Positions 10,501-20,528 of a DNA stretch of 64,000 nucleotides are shown here, one piece after another. Positions within the stretch are counted from its first letter, which is position 1, and each line of letters begins with the position of its first letter. The DNA comes from an uncultured Bacillota bacterium. Lineage in GTDB: Bacteria > Sysuimicrobiota > Sysuimicrobiia > Sysuimicrobiales > Segetimicrobiaceae. A program made the position numbers and the translations under genes. Where the stretch lies: positions 64,001 to 128,000 of the forward strand of contig CAWDRG010000009.1 of the NCBI GenBank assembly GCA_963804645.1. The letters run 5' to 3'. The notes beneath the pieces were generated by a model. It was not told where the DNA came from and made no database searches. It was given only the letters and a program-made list of their open reading frames with translations.

Positions 10501-12279
10501 ATGCCGAAGGATCCCGAACAGGCCGTACGGGGCGCGGTCTCCGCGTCCAAACTCATGGAGTACACGAGGAACATCGCGCGCTGGGTGCGGACGTCCGGCA
10601 GTGAGCCGGAGGCGCGCGCGTTCGACTACCTGGAGACCACGCTCCGCGGGTTTGGCCTCGACACGCACCGCGAGCAGCACGAGGCGCTGATCTCGTGGCC
10701 GGGCCCGGCGTCACTCGAGACCGCCGGCGCGTCGCCCCATCGCGTCGAGTGCATCACCCATGCGTTCTCTGCCCCGACCCCGCCCGACGGCCTGGAAGGC
10801 GAGGTCGTCGACCTGGGCGCCGGCGAGTTCGGCACCGCGTCGCTGCGCGGCAAGATCGGACTGGTCAACGGACTCGCCATGCCCACGACGGCGCGGGCCG
10901 CGGAGGAGGCCGGCCTGGCGGGCGTGATCTTCGTCAACCCGCCCGAACTGCACGAGATGATCGTCTCAACCGTCTGGGGGGCACCGACGCCCGAGACGCT
11001 CGGGCGCCTGCCCAAGATCACCGCGATCTCCGTGCGCGAGCCTGACGGGGCCGTCCTGCGCGCGCGGGCGCGGGAAGGCACGCTGCGGGTGCGGATCCAC
11101 GCGGCGGTCGACACCCGATGGCGCGACACCCCCATCCTGATCGCGGAGCTCAAGGGACGCGACGATCCCGACCGGTACGTCCTGTTCAGCGGGCACGTCG
11201 ATTCGTGGCATTACGGAGCGATGGACAACGGCAGCGCGAACGCGGTCATGCTCGAAACCGCGCGGCTCATGAGCAAGCGCCGGGCTCGGCTGCGGCGCGG
11301 CGTCCGCTACGCATTCTGGTCGGGGCATTCCCATGGGCGGTACTCAGGATCGACGTGGTATGCGGACCATCACTGGGAGGACCTCTACCGCAACGCGGTG
11401 CTGCACCTCAACGTGGACTCGTCCGGCGCCACGGGCGCCTCCGTGATGAGCGAGTCACAGACGATGGCCGAGACGTGGACGAGCGGGGCCCGCGCCATCA
11501 AGGACGTGGCGGGTCAAGATCTGGAGCGCCACCGGATCGGCCGGATGGGCGACCAGTCGTTCTGGGGCATCGGGGTCCCGTCGATGTTCGGAGGCGTGTC
11601 GGTCCAGGCCCCGGCCGAGTCCGCCACGGCCGCCGGCCTTGCGTCGCTGACCGGCGCCCCGCGGACGTCGGGAGGGCTCGGCTGGTGGTGGCACACGACG
11701 GACGACACGCTCGACAAGATCGACCGCGACAACCTCCGCCGCGACGCGGAGGTGTACACGCTGGTGCTGTGGCGCTGGTGCACGGCGCCGGTGCTGCCGC
11801 TCGACTACCGGGCCGCGGCCCACGAGCTCGGGGACACCCTGCGACACATTCAGAGCGCGGCGGGCGACGCGTTCGATTTGACGGCGCCCCTCGATGCGGT
11901 CACGCGGCTCACCGGCGCGGTGGACCGGCTGCACGCCGCCGCGGAGCGGCTCGGGGCCTCGCTTGGTACGGGGCGCGGCACGCGCAAACAGCGCGACGCC
12001 GCCTCGCTGGTCAACGACACGCTGATGAGAGCCGGGCGCAAGCTCATCCCGATCAACTACACCGCGGCGGGCGCGTTCGACCACGATCTGGCGGTGCCGA
12101 TCCCTCCGATCCCGGTGCTGCAGTCCGCCGCTCGCCTGCGTGAGCTGCCCCGCGGCTCCAACGAGTACCACGCGCTGGCGACGCGCCTGGTCCGCGAGCG
12201 CAACAAGGTCACGCACGTCATCAACGACGCAGCGGAATCCATCGGGCACGCCCTCAAGCACATCGAACCAGGGAAGTAG
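10501..12279 (+). CDS. M28-family peptidase-like protein with PA domain
   Basis: AGGAGG RBS; SGHVDSW, GAMDNGS, LNVDS, GDQSF, WWHTTDDT metal-ligand motifs. Confidence 0.88.
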   Translation: MPKDPEQAVRGAVSASKLMEYTRNIARWVRTSGSEPEARAFDYLETTLRGFGLDTHREQHEALISWPGPASLETAGASPHRVECITHAFSAPTPPDGLEGEVVDLGAGEFGTASLRGKIGLVNGLAMPTTARAAEEAGLAGVIFVNPPELHEMIVSTVWGAPTPETLGRLPKITAISVREPDGAVLRARAREGTLRVRIHAAVDTRWRDTPILIAELKGRDDPDRYVLFSGHVDSWHYGAMDNGSANAVMLETARLMSKRRARLRRGVRYAFWSGHSHGRYSGSTWYADHHWEDLYRNAVLHLNVDSSGATGASVMSESQTMAETWTSGARAIKDVAGQDLERHRIGRMGDQSFWGIGVPSMFGGVSVQAPAESATAAGLASLTGAPRTSGGLGWWWHTTDDTLDKIDRDNLRRDAEVYTLVLWRWCTAPVLPLDYRAAAHELGDTLRHIQSAAGDAFDLTAPLDAVTRLTGAVDRLHAAAERLGASLGTGRGTRKQRDAASLVNDTLMRAGRKLIPINYTAAGAFDHDLAVPIPPIPVLQSAARLRELPRGSNEYHALATRLVRERNKVTHVINDAAESIGHALKHIEPGK

Positions 12280-12318
12280 CGCGTCGGCCGGCGTCCGTCG
12301 ATAGACGCCGGAACATGC

Positions 12319-12353
12319 ATCGGCCCGCCGGGTGGCGAATCCGGCGGGCCGAT
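12319..12353. terminator. GC-rich hairpin between convergent genes
   Basis: ATCGGCCCGCCGG-gtggcgaat-CCGGCGGGCCGAT, a perfect 13-bp stem; no U-tract. Confidence 0.6.
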
Positions 12354-12833
12354 CTACGCAGGCTTGGACGCGCCGGGTGTCGAGGGCGGCGTCGTGCCGC
12401 CGCTCGGGGCAGGAGCCGCCCACTTCGTCCACGCGCTAATGACTCCCATGAGCACGCCGCCAGGGGCCTTGAACGCGCTGGTCAAAATGTCGATCACGCC
12501 GCTCACGATATCCACGCAGGTCTTCCACGTCTTGACCGTGCTGTCGATTGCATGCGCCGTCTCTTTCATTTTCTTGATGACGGCGCGCAGCTGTTGAGCC
12601 ACATCGTTCTCCGTCGCAAAGATCGAGTTCAATTCGTTCGCCACGGCCTGCACCATCAGCGCGGTCACGACGTCGATCTGCATCCGACAGTGGTTCGCAA
12701 GCACCCGATCCTCCTCAGACGCCGCGTCGCCCTTGGCGGCCACCGCCACGATGACATCCCGCAACGCCTTCGCGGCGGTGCTCAGCGCATCGGTGATCTC
12801 CCCGTCGGTAAACGGGCTTACGAGCGAAGCCAT
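12354..12833 (-). CDS. Hypothetical amphipathic alpha-helical protein (159 aa)
   Basis: ATG with G-rich RBS; heptad-like helices and C-terminal hydrophobic hairpin IVSGVIDILTSAFKAPGGVLMGVISAW. Confidence 0.75.
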   Translation of the reverse strand: MASLVSPFTDGEITDALSTAAKALRDVIVAVAAKGDAASEEDRVLANHCRMQIDVVTALMVQAVANELNSIFATENDVAQQLRAVIKKMKETAHAIDSTVKTWKTCVDIVSGVIDILTSAFKAPGGVLMGVISAWTKWAAPAPSGGTTPPSTPGASKPA

Positions 12834-12896
12834 ACGGCATCCCCCCACAACGGGTCCGGCGGCGTCGGTCGACCGCGGGTCATCGTGCCGTCGACG

Positions 12897-13820
12897 TCAC
12901 GGCGTGGTGACGCACTTCTTCACCGCCTCGGCGGCCACCGTCGCCGCGGTCAGCTGACCCTGCGCGCACGAGATGGTATTCAACACCCCGACGTAGTCGT
13001 GCAGTGCCGTATCATTGTTCGCGATTTGCTCGGTCATCGCGGCCCAGTTCGTCGCATCCACCCCGGGCAGATTCTGCTTGGTCTGGACGACGGTGTTCGC
13101 GTAGACCGCGTCGATCTCGGCGAGCTCCACGCTCAGGAACCGGCTGTAGTCCTGCGCGGCCGCGTACAGGAGCGTCAAAATGGTTCGAATCGGGTCGTTC
13201 GCCTGCGTCGCGAACGTTCGGACCGCCGCCGCTCGCTCAGTGGCAAAGGCGGCCGCGAGGGCTTGGTCCAGCCCGGAACCGGCGTTGACGACCTGGTCCG
13301 AACTGATCGTATCTTTTGACGGCAGGTGCACAAACCACGCGTCCTTCATGCTCGTGGCCAGGCCCTTGAAGCCGTAGGTTTGAGCTTTGCCGCCGCCCGC
13401 GAGGTCGTTGAGCGCCGAGATGTAGTCGATCACAATGGTATTGGCCGTCGCCCATTCCTTCCCGCCGCCTTGAATGTTCGTACACAGCTTCCCGAGCGTG
13501 CCGCCTGCGACCACGGGGGGCGGTGGCACGAACGTCGAGGGGGAAACCTCGGAGGCGTCAGGCGCAGCCGGACCCGGCTTGATCTCGGGGGCGATCGGTG
13601 TCGGCGCCAGCTGCGCGACTTTATAGTAGTCCCACGCTGCCACGCGAATGCACGTATCGTAGAGGTCGTTTGGAATCCCCTTAAAGGTCGTCAGGGAACC
13701 GGTGAACTTGGTCGAGAGACTCGTGACCGTGTCCACCGTCGCATTCGAGCATCCGGCGGCGAGGAGACAGCCGAGGAGCATGAGCGCCACCGGGATCGAC
13801 GCGGAACGCCATCTATCCAT
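12897..13820 (-). CDS. Hypothetical alpha-helical lipoprotein (307 aa)
   Basis: AGGAG RBS; signal peptide with lipobox LAAG-C; four further Cys; Pro-rich loop; long helices. Confidence 0.78.
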   Translation of the reverse strand: MDRWRSASIPVALMLLGCLLAAGCSNATVDTVTSLSTKFTGSLTTFKGIPNDLYDTCIRVAAWDYYKVAQLAPTPIAPEIKPGPAAPDASEVSPSTFVPPPPVVAGGTLGKLCTNIQGGGKEWATANTIVIDYISALNDLAGGGKAQTYGFKGLATSMKDAWFVHLPSKDTISSDQVVNAGSGLDQALAAAFATERAAAVRTFATQANDPIRTILTLLYAAAQDYSRFLSVELAEIDAVYANTVVQTKQNLPGVDATNWAAMTEQIANNDTALHDYVGVLNTISCAQGQLTAATVAAEAVKKCVTTP

Positions 13821-14066
13821 CACACACGCTCCTGCTCTCTGCGGGGTAGCTGACCGCGGTCGGCGGCGCGTCGCGCCTCCAGGGGACCCGAGCCATGAAC
13901 CGGCGTACCGTCCGTCATCCGACCGACGTCCGTACATGGCGCACACGCCTACGCGGCTTTCAAAAGACAGAACATGCGTCTCGGGTTCCGGCTGGGTTCC
14001 GCGCGCTCCTCCTTTGTCGCGCACCGGCGAAGCACCACAGCCGGCCGGCCATCGGGATGCCCCTGG

Positions 14067-15248
14067 TTAGATGCCGGCCGCGTCGCTGAGACCCGCCGGC
14101 TGCGACCCGGCACGGCGCGGCACGACCCGGGCATAGACGACGAGCGCGGCGGCGGTGAGCACCGCGTAGGCGAACCCGAGACCCCGAAACCCCGTGACCT
14201 CGATGAGGATACCGCCGAGCATCGTGCCGACGGCACCTCCCAACGTGATCACCAGCGCCCGGGCGGCCATGATCGTGCCGTGCGCACCGGGGGCGAGCGA
14301 CAGCGCGATGGTGCCGGAGTTCGGGTACCGGACGCTGCTGAAGAACGCGTGGGGCACGAGGAGGACGAGGCTCACCACCGGCGTCAGGCGCAGCCCGAAC
14401 GGCACCGCGATCCCGACGGCGGCGATCGCCGTGCTCAGCAGCAGCGCGCGGCGGCGCCCGAATCGGTTGCCCGCCCACCCCGAGGAGATCGTCCCCGCGA
14501 CGCTCGACGCGGCGAGCACGCCCACCAGCACCCCGATCGGGCCGGGCGCGAGTCCGTAGGTCACCCCGAAGAACGCACCGACGTACACCAGGAATCCGGA
14601 CCAGGCGGTGGTGGCCAGCAGCTCGCCGAACACCCAGCCGCGCGCGCCCGGGTACGCCCCGAGCGTGCCGAGACCGGCGCCGGCACGGGGCTCCGCCGCC
14701 GGCGGCTGGGTCGGCGGCGGAAGCAGGAACAGAACGGCAAAAAACCCCAGTGCCGCGACTCCGGTCCCGACCACGAGATAGCTCGCGCGCCACCCCCAGG
14801 CGTCCGCGACCCACCCGACGAGCGGAAGCCCGAGCATCCAGGCAATGGGGTACCCGGTCGTGATCCACCCCATCGCGGGCCCACGGTGGGCATCATCGAA
14901 GTAATCCGCGGCCGCGGCGGTCCCCGCGAGCGACACGATCGCGACGCCGATGCCGGCGACCGCCTGCAGGCCCATCCACCAGCCGAACGACCGCGTCAGG
15001 CCGAGCGCCGTCTCGGCCGCCGCGATCGCGCCGAGGGCCAGCAGCAGCTGGCGGCGCCGGGGAATGCGATCGGCGAAGAACGTCGCGATGAACGCGGTGA
15101 CGGCGCCGGCCCCGCTGAGCACCGCCCGCGCCTGCCCGGCGACCCCAATGGACACGTGAAACCCGCGGGCCACCTCGACGAGGATCGGGCCGATCATCGC
15201 GTTGGTCAGCGCGTACCCGACCGAGGCGGCGATGAGCGTCGGCAGCAC
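14067..15248 (-). CDS. MFS transporter
   Basis: FADRIPRRR and GNRFGRRR motif-A repeats; 12 hydrophobic segments; start uncertain. Confidence 0.85.
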   Translation of the reverse strand: MLPTLIAASVGYALTNAMIGPILVEVARGFHVSIGVAGQARAVLSGAGAVTAFIATFFADRIPRRRQLLLALGAIAAAETALGLTRSFGWWMGLQAVAGIGVAIVSLAGTAAAADYFDDAHRGPAMGWITTGYPIAWMLGLPLVGWVADAWGWRASYLVVGTGVAALGFFAVLFLLPPPTQPPAAEPRAGAGLGTLGAYPGARGWVFGELLATTAWSGFLVYVGAFFGVTYGLAPGPIGVLVGVLAASSVAGTISSGWAGNRFGRRRALLLSTAIAAVGIAVPFGLRLTPVVSLVLLVPHAFFSSVRYPNSGTIALSLAPGAHGTIMAARALVITLGGAVGTMLGGILIEVTGFRGLGFAYAVLTAAALVVYARVVPRRAGSQPAGLSDAAGI

Positions 15249-15297
15249 CGCCCGTGACGCCGGGTGCGGCGCGGCCGGCGCGGAGTTCCGGCTCAGG

Positions 15298-16734
15298 TCA
15301 GGACAGCGCGTCGACGTCGTGCGGCATGCTCTCCCGCACGCCGGCGTCGGTCACGCGCATGAACCTCGCGTTCCGGTGCAGTTCGCCGATGGTCGTCGCC
15401 CCGCAGTAGCTCATGCCCGACCGCAGTCCGCCGATCAGCTGGCCGAGGACCGCGGAGACCCGGCCCCGATACGGCACCAGCGCTTCGATTCCTTCGGGCA
15501 CGATCTCGGAGAGCAGCTCGTCGTCCTGCGGCAGGTCGCGCCGCTCGGCGGACGTCCAGAGGCTCGCCATCCCGCGGTACACCTTGTAATGCCGGCCGTT
15601 CCGCGTCACGGACGATCCCGGGCTCTCCTCGGTGCCGGCGAGCAGATTGCCGAGCATCGCGGTCTCCGCGCCGGCGGCGAGCGCCTTGACGAGATCCCCC
15701 GAGGTCCGGATGCCGCCGTCGGCGATGACGGGCACGCCGGAGGCGGCCGCCGCCTCCGCGCAGCTCAGAATCGCCGTCAGCTGCGGCACGCCGGCGCCGG
15801 TCACGATCCGGGTCGTGCACGTCGATCCGGGGCCGACGCCGACCTTGATCCCGTCCGCGCCGGACGCGATCAGGTCCCGGGTCCCTTCCGGGGTCGCGAC
15901 GTTGCCGGCGATCAGCGGGATGTCGCCGCACCGGGCGCGGACGGCCTCCACGGTCGCAAACGCCAGCTCCGAGTGCCCGTGCGCGATGTCGATCACCAGC
16001 ACGTCCACCTCGGCCTCGACCAGCGCCTGGGCGCGCTCGAGATAGTCGCCGCGCACGCCGATCGCCGCGCCGACCCGGAGGCGCCCGCGCCGGTCCTTAG
16101 TGGCCTGCGGGTAGCGCAGGCGATTCTGAATGTCGCGGCTCGTGATGAGCCCGACGAGCCGACCCTCCGAGTCGAGCAGCGGCAGCTTCTCGATGCGGTG
16201 CCGGTGCAGGATGCGCTTCGCGTCCTCCACCGGCGTGCCCACAGGGGCCGTGATGAGACGCTCGCGCGGCGTCATTACGGTCGTGATCGGCCGGTCGAGA
16301 TCGTCCTCGAACAGCAGGTCGCGTGCTGTGACGATCCCGAGCAGCCGCCGGTCGCGGTCGAGCACCAGGACGCTCGCGGGCCCGTGCTCGTCCATGAACC
16401 CGGCGGCGACGCGCACCGTCGCTTCAATCCCAACGGTGTACGGGGTGTCGATCACCACGCTCTCCGCGCGCTTGACGCGGCGTACCTCGCCGACGTGGTC
16501 CGCGATGGTGAGAAACCGGTGGATGATCCCGATCCCGCCCTCGCGCGCGATCGCGATCGCCATCCCGCTCTCGGTCACCGAATCCATGCTCGCGCTCACG
16601 ATCGGCACCGCGAGCTCGATGTCCTTGCACAGGCGCGCCCGGGTGTCGACCTGGCGCCGCGTGTTCACGCCGGACCGCTGCGGCACCAGCAGGACGTCGT
16701 CAAAGGTCAAACCCAACGGCAGGGGTTCGGACAT
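15298..16734 (-). CDS. guaB: IMP dehydrogenase with CBS domains
   Basis: [30 protein letters not shown] catalytic Cys, ADGGI, YRGMAS, PEG. A GuaB1/GMP reductase paralog cannot be fully excluded. Confidence 0.93.
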   Translation of the reverse strand: MSEPLPLGLTFDDVLLVPQRSGVNTRRQVDTRARLCKDIELAVPIVSASMDSVTESGMAIAIAREGGIGIIHRFLTIADHVGEVRRVKRAESVVIDTPYTVGIEATVRVAAGFMDEHGPASVLVLDRDRRLLGIVTARDLLFEDDLDRPITTVMTPRERLITAPVGTPVEDAKRILHRHRIEKLPLLDSEGRLVGLITSRDIQNRLRYPQATKDRRGRLRVGAAIGVRGDYLERAQALVEAEVDVLVIDIAHGHSELAFATVEAVRARCGDIPLIAGNVATPEGTRDLIASGADGIKVGVGPGSTCTTRIVTGAGVPQLTAILSCAEAAAASGVPVIADGGIRTSGDLVKALAAGAETAMLGNLLAGTEESPGSSVTRNGRHYKVYRGMASLWTSAERRDLPQDDELLSEIVPEGIEALVPYRGRVSAVLGQLIGGLRSGMSYCGATTIGELHRNARFMRVTDAGVRESMPHDVDALS

Positions 16735-16780
16735 ACGCGCTCCTCCGTAGAAGAAACCACGCCAACGATACCACGAGGGG

Positions 16781-16789
16781 TGTTACTAT
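16781..16789 (+). promoter_or_regulatory. Extended -10 promoter, probably driving a leaderless MFS mRNA
   Basis: TGtTACTAT, 6 nt before the GTG at 16796. Confidence 0.5.
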
Positions 16790-16795
16790 GGAAGA

Positions 16796-18118
16796 GTGAC
16801 ACCGCGCGATCCGACCCCTCTCAGCGGGCCGGGAGACGCGTCCGGCGGCCGGAGCGTCAACCCGTTCGTGGCGCTCAGGCACCGCAACTTCCGGCTGTTT
16901 TTCTTCGGCCAGCTGATCTCGTTCGCCGGCACGTGGATGCAGCGCATCGCCCAGGCCTGGCTGGTGCTGCAGCTCACCAACTCACCGTTCCTGCTCGGCA
17001 TCGTCGGCGCACTCCAGTGGACGCCGATGCTCCTGCTCTCCCTCGTCGGCGGCGTCGTCGCCGACCGGGTCAACAAGCGCAACCTGATCGTCGTGACCCA
17101 GACGCTGCAGCTGCTGCAGGCGTTTGGCCTCGGCTTCTTAGTGTTGAGCGGAGACGTCCGGTACTGGCACATTCTGGTGTTCGCCACGGCGCTCGGCGTC
17201 ACCGCGGCGTTCGACAACCCGGCCCGACAGGCGTTTCTGTTTGACATGGTCGAGGGGACCGACACGATGAATGCAATCGCCCTGAACTCCACGATCGTCA
17301 ACAGCGCCCGGCTGTTCGGACCGGCGATCGCCGGCATCGCGACCGGGTCGCTCGGGATCGGGTACGCGTTCATCGCCAACGGCGTGAGCTTCATCCCCGT
17401 CATCGCCGCACTGCTCATGATGCGGCTCGAACCGACGCAGCCCGTCCAGACGGAGGCCGGCATGCTCGACCACCTGCGCGACGGGCTGGCGTACCTCTTC
17501 CGCACGCCGACGGCGCTGCAGCTGCTCACCCTGATGGGCGTCTACAGCATCTTCGTGATGAACTTCAATATCATCGTGCCCGTCTTCGCGAAAAACGTCC
17601 TCCACCAGGATGCGACCGGGTTCGGCCTGCTCACGTCCGCGCAGGGCGCGGGCGCGGTGCTGGCGGCCCTGGCGGTCGCCTCGTTCAGCTCGTACGGACC
17701 GCACCCGCGGCTCGTGTACGGCGGGGCCGTGCTCCTGGGCGTGATGGTCATCCTGCTCGCGGGTGTGCACCAGTTCGGCCTCGCGGCGCTCGCGCTGGCC
17801 GGGTGCGGCGTCAGCATGGTGGTCTTCACCGCCACGGTGAACACCGCGCTGCAGGTCGCCACCCCGGACAACCTGCGCGGACGCGTGATGTCCGTCTACT
17901 CCCTGGTCAACGGCGGCTTTACCCCGGCCGGCGCGCTCTTCACGGGCGGCGTCGCGGAACTGTGGGGCGCGCCGGCGGAGCTCGCGATCGCCGGCACGAT
18001 CGGGCTCGGTTCCGCCCTGGCGGTCTACCGGTGGCACCGGCGCACACCGTGGGCGACCGCCGACTCCCTGGCCGCGCTCGACGCGGCGCCCGCCGAAGGC
18101 AACGGAGGCGAACAATGA
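16796..18118 (+). CDS. MFS transporter (MFS_3/H+ antiporter type)
   Basis: ALRHRNFRLFFFGQLIS..GTWMQ, FDNPARQA, NAIALNS, LRGRVMS. Confidence 0.9.
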   Translation: MTPRDPTPLSGPGDASGGRSVNPFVALRHRNFRLFFFGQLISFAGTWMQRIAQAWLVLQLTNSPFLLGIVGALQWTPMLLLSLVGGVVADRVNKRNLIVVTQTLQLLQAFGLGFLVLSGDVRYWHILVFATALGVTAAFDNPARQAFLFDMVEGTDTMNAIALNSTIVNSARLFGPAIAGIATGSLGIGYAFIANGVSFIPVIAALLMMRLEPTQPVQTEAGMLDHLRDGLAYLFRTPTALQLLTLMGVYSIFVMNFNIIVPVFAKNVLHQDATGFGLLTSAQGAGAVLAALAVASFSSYGPHPRLVYGGAVLLGVMVILLAGVHQFGLAALALAGCGVSMVVFTATVNTALQVATPDNLRGRVMSVYSLVNGGFTPAGALFTGGVAELWGAPAELAIAGTIGLGSALAVYRWHRRTPWATADSLAALDAAPAEGNGGEQ

Positions 18119-18870
18119 GGCGCTGCGGCCGCTTCGCCGCGGGCCTGGCGGTGCTGGCCGCCTCGGTCCTGCTGTGCAGGGCCGAGGCCGCGCAGGCGCC
18201 GCTGCGCTTCACCATGGTGACGACAAAGCAGAGCGGCTCCCACTGGTCGACGACGGTCGTCTACCCGCAGTTCGACGGAGGATCGCCGCTCGCGGCGCTC
18301 GCCAACCATACGCTCGCGACGCGGGAGATCGCCGCCGCGGTGACGTTCGGTCTCACCGCGGCGGAACAGTTCAAAAAGCTGGGGCCGCCGACCGCGGACT
18401 ATTTTCACGACACCGGAGCGACCGTCTCCCTCACCGATCCCGCACTCCTGAGCGCGTATTTCGAGACGGAGGAGTACTCCGGAGGCGCGCACCCAAACCG
18501 GTTCTATACCGGGTACACGTTCGGGAGCGTGCACGGCCGCCCGGCGCCCGTGACGCTCCAGGACCTCTTCCGCCCCGGGGTCGACGGGGTCAAGACCGCG
18601 TCGGATCTGCTGATTGCCCGGCTGCGCCAGAACCCGAATGCGACGTTCGTCCGGGATGGCACCGTGACCTCGATCGAATTCAACGGCGTCGCCGGGAGCC
18701 CCCAGGTAGGGGCCACGGCGTTCGTCGTCACACCGCAGGCGATCGTGTTCCTGCTCCCGCCGTACGCCGTGGGCGCCTACGTCGACGGCTCATTCGTCGT
18801 CAAGGTCGCGTTTGACGCGTTCGGCGGGCGCCTGGACACCACGGGACCGCTGCATCCGGTCCTCCCCTAG
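18115..18870 (+). CDS. Secreted RsiV/DUF3298-domain protein
   Basis: ATGA overlap with upstream stop; signal peptide; YPQF, YSGGAHPN, TLQDLF, PPYAVGAY.G. Confidence 0.8.
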   Translation: MRRCGRFAAGLAVLAASVLLCRAEAAQAPLRFTMVTTKQSGSHWSTTVVYPQFDGGSPLAALANHTLATREIAAAVTFGLTAAEQFKKLGPPTADYFHDTGATVSLTDPALLSAYFETEEYSGGAHPNRFYTGYTFGSVHGRPAPVTLQDLFRPGVDGVKTASDLLIARLRQNPNATFVRDGTVTSIEFNGVAGSPQVGATAFVVTPQAIVFLLPPYAVGAYVDGSFVVKVAFDAFGGRLDTTGPLHPVLP

Positions 18871-18990
18871 CGGACGACCGCCCACGGCGCGGGAGGGACC
18901 GGCGCGCCGGACGCCAATCTCTGCATGGGCCGATCCCCACAGATCATCTCCGGTCCGAAGCCCGCAGCCTGCGTCGAGAGGAGCACGAGC

Positions 18991-20469
18991 ATGCGCATCG
19001 CGATCGGCCAAGTCGCCCACGAGACCAACACGTTCTGTCGGGGTCTCACCGAGGTCGATGAGTTCAAAGCGAAGGAATGGGCGCACGGTCCGCAACTTCT
19101 GTCCCAGCATCGCGGTGTCCGCAGCTACCTCGGCGGGATGCTGGACGCCGGCGAACGGCTCGGGATCGACCTCGTCCCGACGTTCGCGACGCACGCCACG
19201 CCGTCCGGGACGATCAGCCGGAGCGCCTACGAGATGATCGCCTCCGAATTGCTGAACGGCCTTCGCTCGGCTGGGCGCGTCGACGCGATCTGCCTCGCGC
19301 TGCACGGCGCCGGCGTCGCCGAGGGCGCCGACGATCTCGAGGGGGATCTGCTGGCCCGGATTCGCGCGATGACCGGCCGCACGCTGCCCATCATCGTCAC
19401 CCTCGACTTGCACGCCAACGTCACGCCGGAGATGGCGCGGGAAGCAACCGCGCTCCTCAGCGTGAACTTCTACCCGCACGTGGACTCGTACGAGCGCGGC
19501 GGCGAGGCCGTGACGCTGGCGCACCGGATGGTGACGGACGGCATCGTTCCGCGCATGCATCTCAGCCGCATCCCGATGATCGTCCCCACGACCGCGACCA
19601 GCCTGAGCCCGGTCAAGGAATTCAACGAACGGTGCTGGGCGTGGGAGAAGAAACCGGGAATCATCGACTGCACGTTTGTCCACGGGTTCGCCCACACCGA
19701 CATCCCGTCGATCAGCGCGTCGGTCATCGCGATCGCCGACGGCAGCGCGGAGCTCGCGCGCCAGGCCGCCGACGACGTCGCCTCCTACGCGTGGCAGCAC
19801 CGCGAGGGGCTCATCCGCCGCTGCCCCGGGCCCGCGGAGGCGATCCGGATGGCGCTCGCGCTCGACGGCGGTCCCGTCGTCATCAATGAGACGTCGGACA
19901 ATCCCGGGGGAGGATCTCCGGGAGACGGCACGTATCTCCTGCGGGCGATGCTGGAGGCCCGGGCGGCCAGCGCGTGCTTCGGCTTCATCTATGATCCTCA
20001 GACAGCCGCCCAGGCGCACGACGCCGGCGTCGGCGCGACCATCCACGTGCGCCTCGGCGGGAGGACGGACCGCATGCACGGCGAGCCGATCGAGGCGGAC
20101 GCGTACGTGGCGGACCTCACGGACGGCCGGTTCATCCGACAGTCACCGATGGGCCGGGGCGCGCAGGTCGATCTCGGCCGGATGGCCCGCCTCCGGATCG
20201 GCACCGTGGACGTGCTCGTCTCCTCGGTGCGGGAGCAGACGCTCGACGCGGAGGTGTTTCTGCACCACGGCATCGACGTCACGCGCTACAAGATCGTGGC
20301 GCTGAAATCGAGCCAGCACTTCCGCGCGGGGTTCGAGCCCCTCGCGGCGCACATCCTGACCGCCGACTCTCCCGGCCTGACGACGCTGGATCTCACTTCG
20401 TTTCCGTACCATCGTGTCGACCGCCCGGTGTGGCCGCTCGACGCCGACACCCGATACCAGCCCGCCTGA
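18991..20469 (+). CDS. M81-family metallopeptidase (MlrC-like)
   Basis: HETNTF, LHGAG, TLDLHAN, YPHVD, DNPGGG, KSSQHFRA. Confidence 0.92.
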   Translation: MRIAIGQVAHETNTFCRGLTEVDEFKAKEWAHGPQLLSQHRGVRSYLGGMLDAGERLGIDLVPTFATHATPSGTISRSAYEMIASELLNGLRSAGRVDAICLALHGAGVAEGADDLEGDLLARIRAMTGRTLPIIVTLDLHANVTPEMAREATALLSVNFYPHVDSYERGGEAVTLAHRMVTDGIVPRMHLSRIPMIVPTTATSLSPVKEFNERCWAWEKKPGIIDCTFVHGFAHTDIPSISASVIAIADGSAELARQAADDVASYAWQHREGLIRRCPGPAEAIRMALALDGGPVVINETSDNPGGGSPGDGTYLLRAMLEARAASACFGFIYDPQTAAQAHDAGVGATIHVRLGGRTDRMHGEPIEADAYVADLTDGRFIRQSPMGRGAQVDLGRMARLRIGTVDVLVSSVREQTLDAEVFLHHGIDVTRYKIVALKSSQHFRAGFEPLAAHILTADSPGLTTLDLTSFPYHRVDRPVWPLDADTRYQPA

Positions 20470-20528
20470 CGGCGCGCCCGCCTAGTCGAGTCAGATCAAT
20501 CAGGTCATTCGGAGGTGCCGGAGTGCTG

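Noticed and set aside
18991..20469. Microcystin degradation cluster (mlrC)
   Set aside because: No mlrA, mlrB or mlrD nearby; M81 peptidases are widespread.
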